64,000 bases of DNA from Alphaproteobacteria bacterium (lineage in GTDB: Bacteria; Pseudomonadota; Alphaproteobacteria; MPNO01; UBA830): positions 1,280,001 through 1,344,000 of the forward strand of contig OZ219790.1 of assembly GCA_964291215.2 (NCBI GenBank), read 5' to 3'. Of this stretch, positions 46,774-57,121 are shown one piece after another. Within the stretch, counting starts at the first letter, position 1; each line of letters opens with the position of its first letter. The notes under the pieces are model-generated. The model had not been told where the DNA came from and did not search any database. It worked only from the letters and a program-made list of their open reading frames with translations. The translations under genes and the position numbers were made by a program.

Positions 46774-46968
46774 CACGACCATCCCATACTCTAATTCGGA
46801 GACGCGAAATCCGAATGCGTTGGGGCCCGGCTCATCACAGATCGCCTCCTTGATCGCAATTTTCGTGCCAAGAAGGCCCCATCGAGCCTTGACGGCACGG
46901 TTGCAGCGCGACGCAAACTGAGAAAATCTCGCCAGTCGTCGCCAGATTAGCAACGTGGGATCGTCGTG
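46774..46968. mobile_element. MITE, about 195 bp (copy 2)
   Basis: Homologous to 9559-9740; flanking direct repeat GACCGATTG (46765-46773, 46969-46977). Confidence 0.85.
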
Positions 46969-46986
46969 GACCGATTGTGCCAACTG

Positions 46987-47015
46987 TTGCAATCCGATTC
47001 GACTCCGCTTATGCT
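46987..47015 (+). promoter_or_regulatory. Candidate sigma70 promoter of tRNA-Glu
   Basis: TTGCAA-17 bp-TATGCT, 11 bp upstream of the tRNA. Confidence 0.5.
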
Positions 47016-47026
47016 GGCGATAGTGC

Positions 47027-47102
47027 GTCCCCTTCGTCTAGTGGCCTAGGACATCGGCCTCTCACGCCGAAAACAGGGGTTCGAGTCCCCTAGGGGACGC
47101 CA
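47027..47102 (+). tRNA. tRNA-Glu (CTC)
   Basis: 76 nt; acceptor GTCCCCT/AGGGGAC, anticodon arm TCGGC-CTCTCAC-GCCGA, GTTCGAG T-loop, encoded CCA. Confidence 0.97.
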
Positions 47103-47103
47103 G

Positions 47104-49443
47104 CTACTCTTCCTGGCGCCCTTCGCAAAGCACCTGCCACACCTTTTCCGGCGCGGCGGGCATGTCGAGATCGCGTACGCCGTGATCGCGCAGCGCGTCG
47201 CAGACGGCATTCATGAAAGCCGCCGTTCCCGAAACCGTTGCCCCTTCACCCCCACCCTTCACCCCGAGAGGATTGTTGGCGGTCGGCACCTCGTGGAGAA
47301 CGGTCGCAAACGAGGGCAGGTCGGCGGCGCGCGGCAGGCCGTAATCCATGAACGACGCGCTGATCAGCTGGCCGGTCTCGGGATCGAATACCGCGTTTTC
47401 GGTAAGTACCTGGCCGATCGCCTGGGCGATGGCGCCGTGCGCCTGACCGGTCAGGATCAGCGGATTGACGGCCCTGCCCGGATCGTCGACTGCGGCGTGC
47501 GCGACCAGCGTAACCGTTCCGGTTTCGGGGTCTATCTCTATTTCCGATACCGCTGCCCCGTTGGGGAAGGCATGCGACCGCCCACGGAACAGCGAGTCCT
47601 CCGAAAGAACGCCGCCCTCCGAGCGCTTCGCCACCTCGAACAGGGTGACCGACCGGTCCGTGCCTTTGATGCGGTAGGTGCCGTCGGCATAGCTGATGTC
47701 GCTGGCGGCCGCCTCGAGCATTTCAACAGCAATGTCGATGCCCTTGCGGATAACCCGTTCCGAAGCTTCGCCAACCACGATGCCGCCGAGCCGCATCGAT
47801 CTGTCTGAGTGCGATCCACCGCCAGCCGGCACCACGTCCGAATCTCCGGTAACCAGCCGCACGCAATCCGGCTGTACGCCGAGCGTGTCGGCTACCAGTT
47901 GCGCGAAGACGGTTTCATGGCCCTGCCCGCTCGACTGTATGCCCATCATCAGTTCGACAGCATCGTCGGCGATCCTGAGCTCGGCGTACTCGACCGGGGC
48001 GCCAACCGGCGCCTGGATGTAGCTCGCATAACCGATGCCGCGCAACCGATCGCGCAGCCGCGCCTCTTCCCGGCGTTCCGCGAAACACTGCCAGCCTGCA
48101 GCTTCCAGCGCCTTGTCCATGCAGGCCTCGAACTCGCCGCAGTCATAGCCAGTGCCCATGGCGTTGACGGCCGGAAAAGCGTCCGCGGCCACCATGTTGC
48201 GCCGGCGCAGCTCGATGCGGTCGATACCCGTCGCGGCGGCCGCCATGTCGATCAGACGCTCGGTCACATGCATGGCCTCTGGCCGCCCCGCGCCCCTGTA
48301 CGGGCCTGTCGGCATGGTGTTCGTCAGTACCCCGCGAATGCGGGCGTAGGCCGCGTCCATGCGATAGACGGACGGCAGGAGGCGCGGCCCGTTGTAGAGC
48401 GGCACGAACGAGACGGTGTGCGCGCCGATATTTCCGATGATGTCGGCCCTGAGCGCAAGAAATCGCCCGTCTGCGTCGAGCGCAAGCTGCGCATGGGTGA
48501 CCTGATCGCGCGCCTGGTAGTCCGACACAAACGCCTCGGAACGGTCGCCGGACCACTTGACCGGCCGTTTCAGGCGTTTCGCGGCCCAGCAGCAGAGAAC
48601 GAACTCGGGATAGAGCATGTTGCGCGGCCCGAAGCCGCCGCCGACATCCCGGGATACAACGCGCACCTGGTCCGGCGGCACATCGAACACGGCCGCGAGC
48701 ATGCTCTTGTGCCTGTGCACCCCTTGTCCGCCGGCAAGGAGAGTTAACTTGCCGTCTTCGTCGCTCCAGACCCCGATCGCGGCCCGCGGCTCCATCTGGC
48801 AGTTGACGATCCGATTGTTGGAGAAAGTGCCCCCGACGACATGCGCCGCGCGCCCGAACGCCTCATCGGTGGCCGCAGCGTCACCGAGTTCCGCATTGAC
48901 CGGCAGGTTCCCGGGACAGCCGTCCCAGAGTTGAGGCGCATCTGGAAGAATTGCCAGAGTCGCATCGGTCACCGCTGGCAGCAGATCATAGGTTGCCTCG
49001 ACCAAGTCGGCAGCATCGCGGCCCGCCTCCCAGGTTTCGGCGATGATGACGGCAACGATCTCGCCGACATGCCGGACCCGGTCCCCAACGATGGGAGGCT
49101 GCGGGGCGTCGAACGGCTCGCCGCCGTCGAGATTGATGAAACCCGGGGCTTTCCAGTCGACGGCACCCCACGGGTTGGCTGCATGAGCGATGCCGCCAAG
49201 ACCGTCGGCGGCGTAGTCGGCACCGGTCAGGACCGCCGCCACGCCCGGCAACGGCCGCGCCCGCCGGATGTCGACGCCAAGCAGGCGGGCATGGGCATGC
49301 GGACTCCGGACCATGACCGCGCACAGTTCGTCGGCGAGCGAGATGTCGTCGGAATAAGTTCCGCGGCCCGTCAACAGACGCGAGTCCTCGCGTCGCCGGA
49401 CCGAGGCACCGACGCCTGCGCCATCAGCCCGTTCAGGCATCAC
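47104..49443 (-). CDS. Xanthine dehydrogenase-family molybdopterin-binding large subunit (form II CoxL-like)
   Basis: RREDSRLLTGRG, VGGGFG, PYRGAGRPEA, GQGHET, GVKGGGE. Confidence 0.9.
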   Translation of the reverse strand: MMPERADGAGVGASVRRREDSRLLTGRGTYSDDISLADELCAVMVRSPHAHARLLGVDIRRARPLPGVAAVLTGADYAADGLGGIAHAANPWGAVDWKAPGFINLDGGEPFDAPQPPIVGDRVRHVGEIVAVIIAETWEAGRDAADLVEATYDLLPAVTDATLAILPDAPQLWDGCPGNLPVNAELGDAAATDEAFGRAAHVVGGTFSNNRIVNCQMEPRAAIGVWSDEDGKLTLLAGGQGVHRHKSMLAAVFDVPPDQVRVVSRDVGGGFGPRNMLYPEFVLCCWAAKRLKRPVKWSGDRSEAFVSDYQARDQVTHAQLALDADGRFLALRADIIGNIGAHTVSFVPLYNGPRLLPSVYRMDAAYARIRGVLTNTMPTGPYRGAGRPEAMHVTERLIDMAAAATGIDRIELRRRNMVAADAFPAVNAMGTGYDCGEFEACMDKALEAAGWQCFAERREEARLRDRLRGIGYASYIQAPVGAPVEYAELRIADDAVELMMGIQSSGQGHETVFAQLVADTLGVQPDCVRLVTGDSDVVPAGGGSHSDRSMRLGGIVVGEASERVIRKGIDIAVEMLEAAASDISYADGTYRIKGTDRSVTLFEVAKRSEGGVLSEDSLFRGRSHAFPNGAAVSEIEIDPETGTVTLVAHAAVDDPGRAVNPLILTGQAHGAIAQAIGQVLTENAVFDPETGQLISASFMDYGLPRAADLPSFATVLHEVPTANNPLGVKGGGEGATVSGTAAFMNAVCDALRDHGVRDLDMPAAPEKVWQVLCEGRQEE

Positions 49444-49727
49444 GCATCCGCCCCTTCCGGGCGTCGTCGCCGGACAAGGCGCAACCGCAAGTCCACCTGC
49501 TCTTCATCGCAGTGTTCCTTCGGGATCGAAACCGTTTCTCAGCCCGGATCCCTCCATTCAACCATACGGCGGACCGGCATCCTACCGAATTCCACCACGT
49601 GCGGGAGTGAAGCGCACGGGTGCTCCGACCGGATTTCCTGCGATCCCGCTTGCGCCGGTCGCACCGGGGCGCGATGATTGCCGCGCTGCCGGGAAAGCTC
49701 GGCCGCTGTCAGGCAAGGGAGAAACTC

Positions 49728-50522
49728 ATGGCGAATCCGGCACCCGGCTATCGGAAAAACCCCGACCACCACATCCGTCTTGAGTCATCGCCGAGGCGGG
49801 TGCGGGTCAGGTTCGGCGGCGAGTGGATCGCCGACTCCGTGAACATGATGCTGATGTACGAGGCCCACCACCTGCCCGTCTACTATTTCCCCCTGGAAGA
49901 TGTCCGCACGGACCTCCTTGCTCCGACGGACCATTTCACCCACTGCCCTTACAAGGGGGACGCGTCCTACTGGACGATCAATGCTGGCGGCCGGACTTCC
50001 GAAAACGCCGTCTGGGCCTATCCTGCGCCTTATGCCGAAATGACAGCCATCAATCTGGAGAAATACTGCGCCTTCTACTGGGATCGGATCGATCACTGGT
50101 ACGAGGAAGACGAGGAAATCTTCGTTCATCCCCGCGATCCTCACAAGCGGGTCGACGCTATTGCGTCATCCCGTCCCGTGCAGGTCATTGTCGGTAGCGA
50201 GACCGTGGCCGAGACGGCGCGCGCCCATTTTTTGTTCGAGACCAACCTGCCGACACGCTACTATATTCCGCGCGACGATGTCCGCATGGACCTTCTCGAA
50301 CCGACCACCTCATCGTCGCGCTGCCCCTACAAGGGCGTGGCGCGCTACTGGTCGGCGACGGTCGACGGCACGACGCACGAGAACATAGCGTGGTGCTACG
50401 AGGATCCGGTTCCCGAGTGCCCGAAGATCAAGGACCTGATCTGCTTCTACAACGAGAATGTTGACGCCATTCTCGTCGACGGCAGGGAGCTGGAAAAGCC
50501 GGTGACGAAATGGTCGCGATGA
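49728..50522 (+). CDS. Tandem DUF427 domain protein
   Basis: Two repeats of YYxP.EDV/DDV...CPYKG.A.YW. Confidence 0.88.
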   Translation: MANPAPGYRKNPDHHIRLESSPRRVRVRFGGEWIADSVNMMLMYEAHHLPVYYFPLEDVRTDLLAPTDHFTHCPYKGDASYWTINAGGRTSENAVWAYPAPYAEMTAINLEKYCAFYWDRIDHWYEEDEEIFVHPRDPHKRVDAIASSRPVQVIVGSETVAETARAHFLFETNLPTRYYIPRDDVRMDLLEPTTSSSRCPYKGVARYWSATVDGTTHENIAWCYEDPVPECPKIKDLICFYNENVDAILVDGRELEKPVTKWSR

Positions 50523-50559
50523 CCCCGACAACGGGGTGGACGGCCGTGTGCGCGTAGGA

Positions 50560-51417
50560 TCAGGGAGTGCCGCGAAGATGCCCGGCGACGGCAAGAACCC
50601 GGAGCATGGAACGCAGAACCGGGCGTTCGATCAGCTCGCCGTCGACAACCAGAAGACCCGTCTCGTCCTTTTCGAATTCGTCGACGATTTGCCGCGCGCG
50701 CTCGACAAGTTCCGGCGATGGCGAGAAGGTCGCGTTGAGCACGGGGATCTGCTTCGGATGTATCGCTGCCTTTCCGGTGAAGCCCAGCGCTGCAGCCTTC
50801 CCCGCTTCCGCTTCCAGCCCTTCCGAATCGTCGAGATCGAGCCACGGCACATCCAGAAGATCATGGCCAAAGCGGGCCGCCGCGTGGACCACCCGAGAAC
50901 GAGCGTAGAGGAGCGTGTCCCACGACTTGGCAGCCCGAAGATCGGCCGCCATGTCGACTGCGCCAAACAGCAGCGAATCGATGCGCGGCGACGCGCCGGC
51001 GATTTCCATGACATTTGCAAGCCCCTCGGCCGATTCGATGATCACATGGAACCGGGTTCCGGCGCAGCTTCCCTGGAGCAGCTCTTCATACAGCCGGATT
51101 TCCGCGGCAGAGCCCGGCTTGGCAAGCATCAGCGCTGGCGGCGGCGCATCACACTCGGCGAGTGCGAGGATGTCCCTGAGACCCTCCGCCGTCGAGAGCG
51201 GGTTCACCCGGACCATGGTTTCGACGCCACGATCGCTTCGGCCCGAAAACAGCGGCAGAGTCATGGTGCGCGCCTCATCCTTGCGCGCGAGCGGCACCGC
51301 ATCCTCAAGATCGACGCAGACGATGTCGGCGCCCGCCCCGAGCGCCTTGGCGAACCGATCGGGGCGCAGTCCTGGCACGAACAGCAGGCTTCGGCGGGGT
51401 CGGAACTGGTTGTCCAT
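50560..51417 (-). CDS. CitE/HpcH-family CoA ester lyase
   Basis: RSLLFVPG, DLEDAV, IESAEG, GFTGKAAIHPKQI. Confidence 0.9.
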   Translation of the reverse strand: MDNQFRPRRSLLFVPGLRPDRFAKALGAGADIVCVDLEDAVPLARKDEARTMTLPLFSGRSDRGVETMVRVNPLSTAEGLRDILALAECDAPPPALMLAKPGSAAEIRLYEELLQGSCAGTRFHVIIESAEGLANVMEIAGASPRIDSLLFGAVDMAADLRAAKSWDTLLYARSRVVHAAARFGHDLLDVPWLDLDDSEGLEAEAGKAAALGFTGKAAIHPKQIPVLNATFSPSPELVERARQIVDEFEKDETGLLVVDGELIERPVLRSMLRVLAVAGHLRGTP

Positions 51418-51641
51418 CGGGCAGATTTCCTTTCTCCGGAAACTATACCATTGGCGCCTGCGGTTGGCATTTTGCCGTTTGTCCGGCATCCTTCGCAATC
51501 CCGCGCGGTTCACGGGCTTCGGAGAATCATCTGCCGACGCCCCCGTGACATCCTTCGTCCATCCGCATGCACGGCAGCGGAAGGGAATAGCCACCACCGG
51601 CAGCGCCCTTCGGCGGCTGGAACTTGCCGAGGAGACCACCC

Positions 51642-52514
51642 ATGAACGTCGATGATCTGGTCGCCATAGACATTCACACACATGCTGACGAACCCTGCCG
51701 CGGCCCACGGGATGACGGCTATGACGTTTTCGTGAAGGGCATGGCGAAGTATTTCGGAAGCGCCGGCAGCTTCGACCGCCTGCCGACGGTCCCGGAGACC
51801 GCCGACTATTTCCGCGAACGCAGGATCGGCTGCGTCATCTTTCCCGTCGACAGCGAGCGGGAAACCGGTTTCCGCCGCTATTCGAACGAAGAAGTTGCCC
51901 GGATCGCCGCGGAAAACAGCGACATCATGATTCCCTTTGCCTCCATCGATCCCGCCAAGGGCCGCGTCGGCGCGCGGGAAGTGCGACGGCTGGTCGAGGA
52001 ATTCGGCGTTCGCGGTTTCAAGTTCCATCCGACGATGCAGGGCTTCTGGCCCAACGATCGTATGGCCTATCCGCTCTACGAGGCGATCGCCGAGCAAGGC
52101 GCCATAATGCTGTTCCACACCGGCCAGACGGGCGTGGGCGCCGGCATGCGCGGCGGCATGGGAATGCGGCTCAAGTTCTCGAATCCGATGGCGATCGACG
52201 ATGTCGCCGTCGATTTCCCCGACACGCCTATCATCCTCGCCCACCCCTCGTTTCCGTGGCAGGAAGAGGCGCTGGCGGTGGCGACCCACAAACCGAACGT
52301 CTGGATCGATCTGTCAGGCTGGTCCCCCAAATATTTCCCGCCGGTCCTCGTGCGCTACTGCAATTCGCTTCTCAAGCACAAGATGCTCTACGGCTCCGAC
52401 TGGCCCGCGATTACACCGGACCGATGGCTCTCGGATTTCGAGGAAATCGCGATCAAGGAAGAGGTTCGCCCGCTGATCCTGAAAGAGAATGCGAGGTGCC
52501 TGCTCGGATTGTGA
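51642..52514 (+). CDS. Amidohydrolase-2 family protein (CouO-like 4-hydroxyphenyl-beta-ketoacyl-CoA hydrolase)
   Basis: IDIHTH, GFKFHP, FHTGQTGVG, AHPSFPW, DLSGWSPKYFP. Confidence 0.82.
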   Translation: MNVDDLVAIDIHTHADEPCRGPRDDGYDVFVKGMAKYFGSAGSFDRLPTVPETADYFRERRIGCVIFPVDSERETGFRRYSNEEVARIAAENSDIMIPFASIDPAKGRVGAREVRRLVEEFGVRGFKFHPTMQGFWPNDRMAYPLYEAIAEQGAIMLFHTGQTGVGAGMRGGMGMRLKFSNPMAIDDVAVDFPDTPIILAHPSFPWQEEALAVATHKPNVWIDLSGWSPKYFPPVLVRYCNSLLKHKMLYGSDWPAITPDRWLSDFEEIAIKEEVRPLILKENARCLLGL

Positions 52515-52570
52515 CGGCGGCCCCGCAGGCACTCCGGCAATCATCGGCGCCGGGTCCGGCATTCTCGCCG

Positions 52571-53452
52571 TCAGTTTCCGAATATCGGTTCCGCCAGGCC
52601 CTTCACTTCGGTGTCTACCGCGAACAGGGATCCCGCCTGCGGTTCACGCTGAAAATCCTCGGGGCCGAAGCGGCTCGACGCGGTGGTCACATAAAGCGTC
52701 GTCATGTCGGGCCCGCCGAACGCTGGACATGTGGTCAGCGAGACGGGAAACCCGATCTCCCGTTCCATCTTCCCGGCTGGATCGTACCGCCGGACTGCCC
52801 CGCCCCGCATGAGGGCGACCCAGAGGAATCCCTCACTGTCGACGACGGCGCCGTCGGGCAGCCCGTCCGCTTCCGGGATCTCGACCAGGACGCGCCTGTT
52901 GCCGATGGCCCCGGTCTCGATGTCGAAATCGTACGCCCAGATGGCCTGACGCAGTGAATCCGCAAAATACATCACGGTGTCGTCGGGGCTCCAGCAGATC
53001 GTGTTTGGTATGGTTATCGGACCTTCCATCCTCTCCACGGAACGGTCGGGATCCAGGCGATAGAGCCATCCGACTTCGGCAAAGACCGGATCCTGCATCG
53101 AACCGCACCACAGACGTCCGCGCCTGTCGACGCGGCCGTCATTGAGGCGCGCCCGGTTGAGCCGGCCGTCGCCCTCGGGATCGGCGAGCAGTTCGAAACC
53201 GTCGCTATCAAGATCGATGAGGGCAAAGCCCATACGGGTGCCGGCGACCAGCCGGTTTCCGGTAGCCAGCCCGATACAGCCTATCTCGGTCTGCACGCGC
53301 CAGTTACGACGCCCCCCGGTCGCCGGATCGAGGCGGTGAATCGTCGGATTTCTGACATCGACCCAGTAGAGGGCCTGATGATCCGGATGCCAGACCGGCG
53401 ATTCACCAAGAAGGCAGGTCCCTGCTGCGGCCACATATGGTCCCGTCATCAA
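52571..53452 (-). CDS. SMP-30/gluconolactonase/LRE family protein
   Basis: LGESPVW, RLNDGRVD, PDGAVVDSEG, TTCPAFGG. Confidence 0.92.
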   Translation of the reverse strand: MMTGPYVAAAGTCLLGESPVWHPDHQALYWVDVRNPTIHRLDPATGGRRNWRVQTEIGCIGLATGNRLVAGTRMGFALIDLDSDGFELLADPEGDGRLNRARLNDGRVDRRGRLWCGSMQDPVFAEVGWLYRLDPDRSVERMEGPITIPNTICWSPDDTVMYFADSLRQAIWAYDFDIETGAIGNRRVLVEIPEADGLPDGAVVDSEGFLWVALMRGGAVRRYDPAGKMEREIGFPVSLTTCPAFGGPDMTTLYVTTASSRFGPEDFQREPQAGSLFAVDTEVKGLAEPIFGN

Positions 53453-53553
53453 CGCCTCCAGACCCTGTATCCTCTCGCGCGCCCGCGGACCCTGATATAT
53501 GCTCGCCCCCGATCAGCAAAGCAACCGGATTACAACATCCACGGGAGAGGAAC

Positions 53554-54312
53554 ATGGGCAGACTTGACGGCAGGGCGGCAATCGTGACGGGCGCGGCCCA
53601 GGGAATCGGCGCAGTCTATGCGCGGGCGCTCGCGGCGGAAGGGGCCAGCGTATGCGTCTCCGACATACTCGATACGGCTGCTATCGTCGAGGAGATCGGC
53701 GCGACCGGTGGCAACGCGATCGCCAACTCGACCGATGTCGGTGATCCGGACGCCTGCGCAGCGATGGTCGCCGAAACCGTCGCCGCCTTCGGATCTGCGG
53801 ATATCCTCGTTACCAACGCCGCCGTGTTCGCCACCTTGGAGCGCCGCAGCTTCCTGGAAATCGGCGCCGCGGAATGGGACCAGGTCATGGCCGTCAACAC
53901 ACGTGGCGTGTTCAACTGCATTAAGGCTGCTGTGCCGGTCATGAAGGAACGGAGCTACGGGAAGATCATCAACATCTCATCCAGCACGATCTATTCCGGT
54001 GTGCCGTTGATGCTGCACTACGTGGCCTCGAAGGGCGCCGTCGACGCCATGACCAAGGCGCTGGCGCGCGAGCTCGGCGATTCGGGAATTCGCATCAACA
54101 CCATCGCGCCGGGCTTCACCATGAGCGACCGCATCGAGGCTCAGCGCCACCAGCTTGAGTTCTATGTCAATCTCAGTCTGAACGCCCGGTCCATCAAGCG
54201 CGAACAGGTTCCCGATGATCTGGTTGGCACACTGGTCTATCTCGCCTCGCCGGATTCGGATTTTGTCACCGGTCAGGCCATCGTCGTCGACGGCGGCATG
54301 GTGGTGCACTGA
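53554..54312 (+). CDS. Short-chain dehydrogenase/reductase
   Basis: TGAAQGIG, YVASK, VTGQAIVVDGG. Confidence 0.93.
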   Translation: MGRLDGRAAIVTGAAQGIGAVYARALAAEGASVCVSDILDTAAIVEEIGATGGNAIANSTDVGDPDACAAMVAETVAAFGSADILVTNAAVFATLERRSFLEIGAAEWDQVMAVNTRGVFNCIKAAVPVMKERSYGKIINISSSTIYSGVPLMLHYVASKGAVDAMTKALARELGDSGIRINTIAPGFTMSDRIEAQRHQLEFYVNLSLNARSIKREQVPDDLVGTLVYLASPDSDFVTGQAIVVDGGMVVH

Positions 54313-54321
54313 GGGCCGGCG

Positions 54322-55353
54322 ATGTCGTTCGTCAGGAATGCCTGGTATGCGGTGTGCTGGTCGGAGGATCTCGCATCCGGCGGGACCTTGGCGAGGACGC
54401 TGCTGTGCCGGCACATCGTGCTGTGGCGCACCACCGACGGCGTCGCCGCACTCGAGGATAGATGTTGCCACCGGTCACTCCCGCTCTCGCTCGGACGGGT
54501 GATCGGAACCACGCTGCAATGCGGATATCACGGTCTCGAGTTCGACCGAGCCGGCCGATGCGTGAAGGTACCGGGCCAGTCGCACATCCCCCCGGGCAGT
54601 ACCGTCCGCGCCTATCCGGTCTGCGAACGCCACGGGCTGATCTGGTTGTGGCCGGGAGATGCCGGGGCTGCCGACACGGCGCTCATTCCCGACCTCCCGT
54701 GGCTCGACGACCCGGGCTGGACCCGGACCGGCGGCTGCATCGACCTTGGGGCCGACTACCGCCTGTTGATCGACAACCTCCTCGACCTGACCCATGTCAG
54801 CTACATTCACAAGAACACTCTCGCCGGCGATCCTGCGGAGGCGCTGGTGCCGGTGACGACGACGCGTGAAGGCGACGCGATTCGCGTCGAGCGGTGGATG
54901 CGGGGCTTCACCGCGCCCCCCATGTACAACCGTGCGAGGAGGTTCGCCGGCAAGGTCGATCGCTGGCAGCTGATCAGATGGCAGGCGCCGTCGACGGTCA
55001 CCCTCGATATTGGCTGCGCGGATGCCGGCACAGGCGCTCCCGAAGGCGATCGCAGCCACGGAATCTCGATGTGGTCGAACCACATCATCACGCCGGAAAC
55101 CGAGACCACGACGCACTATCTGTGGTCGTTCGCCCGCAACTTCAAGCTCGGCGACGAGACCGTGAGCAAAACCATCGCCCAGGACGGGCTTCGAACCTTC
55201 CTGGAGGACACGGCAGTGCTTGAGGCCCAGCAACGGTCCATCTCCACGGTCGGTGATCGCGCCACTGTCGACATCCGAATCGACAATGCACCGATGCAGT
55301 TCAGACGCATTCTCGGCGACATGATTGCAAGGGAAGGCGCGGAAGCCGCCTGA
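54322..55353 (+). CDS. Rieske non-heme iron oxygenase alpha subunit (VanA-like)
   Basis: DRCCHRSLPL...CGYHG; DNLLDLTHVSYIH; paralog of 663-1730. Confidence 0.92.
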   Translation: MSFVRNAWYAVCWSEDLASGGTLARTLLCRHIVLWRTTDGVAALEDRCCHRSLPLSLGRVIGTTLQCGYHGLEFDRAGRCVKVPGQSHIPPGSTVRAYPVCERHGLIWLWPGDAGAADTALIPDLPWLDDPGWTRTGGCIDLGADYRLLIDNLLDLTHVSYIHKNTLAGDPAEALVPVTTTREGDAIRVERWMRGFTAPPMYNRARRFAGKVDRWQLIRWQAPSTVTLDIGCADAGTGAPEGDRSHGISMWSNHIITPETETTTHYLWSFARNFKLGDETVSKTIAQDGLRTFLEDTAVLEAQQRSISTVGDRATVDIRIDNAPMQFRRILGDMIAREGAEAA

Positions 55354-55396
55354 CGGCGCCGGATGCGGACGCCGGATCCTTGTCTGGGCGTAGCGG

Positions 55397-56944
55397 TCAG
55401 TCCGCGCCCTGCAACACCTTCCATTCCTCGGCAAGTGCCCTGCGGTCCATCTTGCCGCGCGCCGTTCGCGGCAGCGCATCGCGGAGGATGATCTCGCCCG
55501 GCACCTTGAAATCCGCGAGGTACCGGACGCAGTGCGCCATCACCGCATCCGGCTCCACCCGAGTATCGGCGGCAGGCACGAAATAGGTGACGACCTTCTC
55601 GCCGTAGGTCGGGTCGGGTACACCGACGGTGGCGACATCGGCGATATCGGGCATCTGCAGGATGACGTTGTCGATCTCCAGCGGCGAGATATTCACCCCG
55701 CCGCGGATGATCAGGTCCTTTTCGCGGCCGGTGACGAAGAGAAAACCGTCGTCGTCGATGTAGCCGAGATCGCCGGTCAGCGCCGATCCTTCAGCATGCA
55801 CGCGAATCGAGCCGTCGCTGTCGACATACCGATAGCGTCCGGCCGGGTTGCCGTTGAGTTGAATCGCCCCGATTTCGCCCGGTGCCAAGGGGTTGCCGTC
55901 ACCATTGACGATCCGCACCTTCTGATACGCCAGCGGCTTTCCGACGGACCCCATCTTGCGGGTGCCTTCATGGCTCCCGGCAATCCACCCAACTTCGCTG
56001 GCCCCGTAACCCTGGCACACGGGAATGCCGAACGTGGTCTCGAATCGGCGCCATTCGGATAACAGAAGCGGTGCCGAACTCGATGTCAGGAAGCGCAGGC
56101 TCAGCGCCGCGCCATGACCCCGATCCGCTTCGCGGTTGACCAGCATGTTGATGATCGTCGGATTTCCGGCGGCGATCGTGGCCTGGTTGTCGTTGACCCA
56201 GTCGAAGAACTTCGACACCGAGAACCTGCGCGCCAGAAGCAATGTCGCCCCCTTCGCGACGGGACCAAGGGCTGACAGCACCTGCGCCGACATCCAGTTC
56301 ATCGAACGGTAATCGAGTATGCGATCATCGGACGTGACCCCAAACGCGTCGGCGATCGGCAGGGTGTTGTCGTGGAGTTCGGCCACCGTGCACAGGACAC
56401 CCTTCGGCCGCGTCGCGGTACCCGACGTGTAGAAAATCGACGCATCGTCGTTCCTCGACGCCACCGGCCAGTCGCCCGGAGTATCCCCGAAATCCGTCAA
56501 TTCAGCGAAAACGCCAGAGGCACCGTCACGACTCCACCTCCCGAGAGGCTTCCATTGTCCACCAACCTTGCCGACGGGAAGATCGATCTCCGGAATCCCG
56601 TCCTCGCAGAGGATCAGCTTCGCCCTGAGGATTCCCAGAATCCCCTTCAGATGAGACGCATTCATCTCCACATGGATCGTGCAGATGGTGCAGCCATAGG
56701 CAAGCGAACCGAGATAGACGATCAGGTGTTCGATGGAATTGTTCGACAACAGCACGACGCGGTCACCGCGGCCGATGCCGTTGGCCTCGTAAAAATGACC
56801 GATCCGGTTGGACAGGCGAAAGAGTTCGCCGTGGGTAATCTCCACGTTCTGGTCGAGAGAACGGATGACCATGCGATCCGGACATTTGCGCGCGTTTCGC
56901 GCCAACCAGAAAAAGAAGCCGCTATCTCGTGTGGTGCCCGTCAT
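55397..56944 (-). CDS. AMP-binding acyl-CoA ligase
   Basis: YTSGTATRPKG, YGASE, TGDLG, GREKDLIIRGG, PRTARGK; start uncertain. Confidence 0.9.
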   Translation of the reverse strand: MTGTTRDSGFFFWLARNARKCPDRMVIRSLDQNVEITHGELFRLSNRIGHFYEANGIGRGDRVVLLSNNSIEHLIVYLGSLAYGCTICTIHVEMNASHLKGILGILRAKLILCEDGIPEIDLPVGKVGGQWKPLGRWSRDGASGVFAELTDFGDTPGDWPVASRNDDASIFYTSGTATRPKGVLCTVAELHDNTLPIADAFGVTSDDRILDYRSMNWMSAQVLSALGPVAKGATLLLARRFSVSKFFDWVNDNQATIAAGNPTIINMLVNREADRGHGAALSLRFLTSSSAPLLLSEWRRFETTFGIPVCQGYGASEVGWIAGSHEGTRKMGSVGKPLAYQKVRIVNGDGNPLAPGEIGAIQLNGNPAGRYRYVDSDGSIRVHAEGSALTGDLGYIDDDGFLFVTGREKDLIIRGGVNISPLEIDNVILQMPDIADVATVGVPDPTYGEKVVTYFVPAADTRVEPDAVMAHCVRYLADFKVPGEIILRDALPRTARGKMDRRALAEEWKVLQGAD

Positions 56945-57121
56945 ATACGATCCCGCTTTCCCGTCCGCCCCGGCTCTCGAAGGAGCCATTTCAGACCAAC
57001 GTTCAGGCCGCAAGGGACCGTCGGCCGCCAGCCCTTTCGAAAGCATCCGCCTGCCTCTCCCATGCCAATCCGCGCCATTCCTGTCAAGACGCCGATACTT
57101 CCAAGCCCAACCTTTCCCACA

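Noticed and set aside
33934-47102. tRNA-anchored genomic island or prophage
   Set aside because: The IS-rich block lies 5' of tRNA-Glu; no integrase, att duplication or phage genes seen
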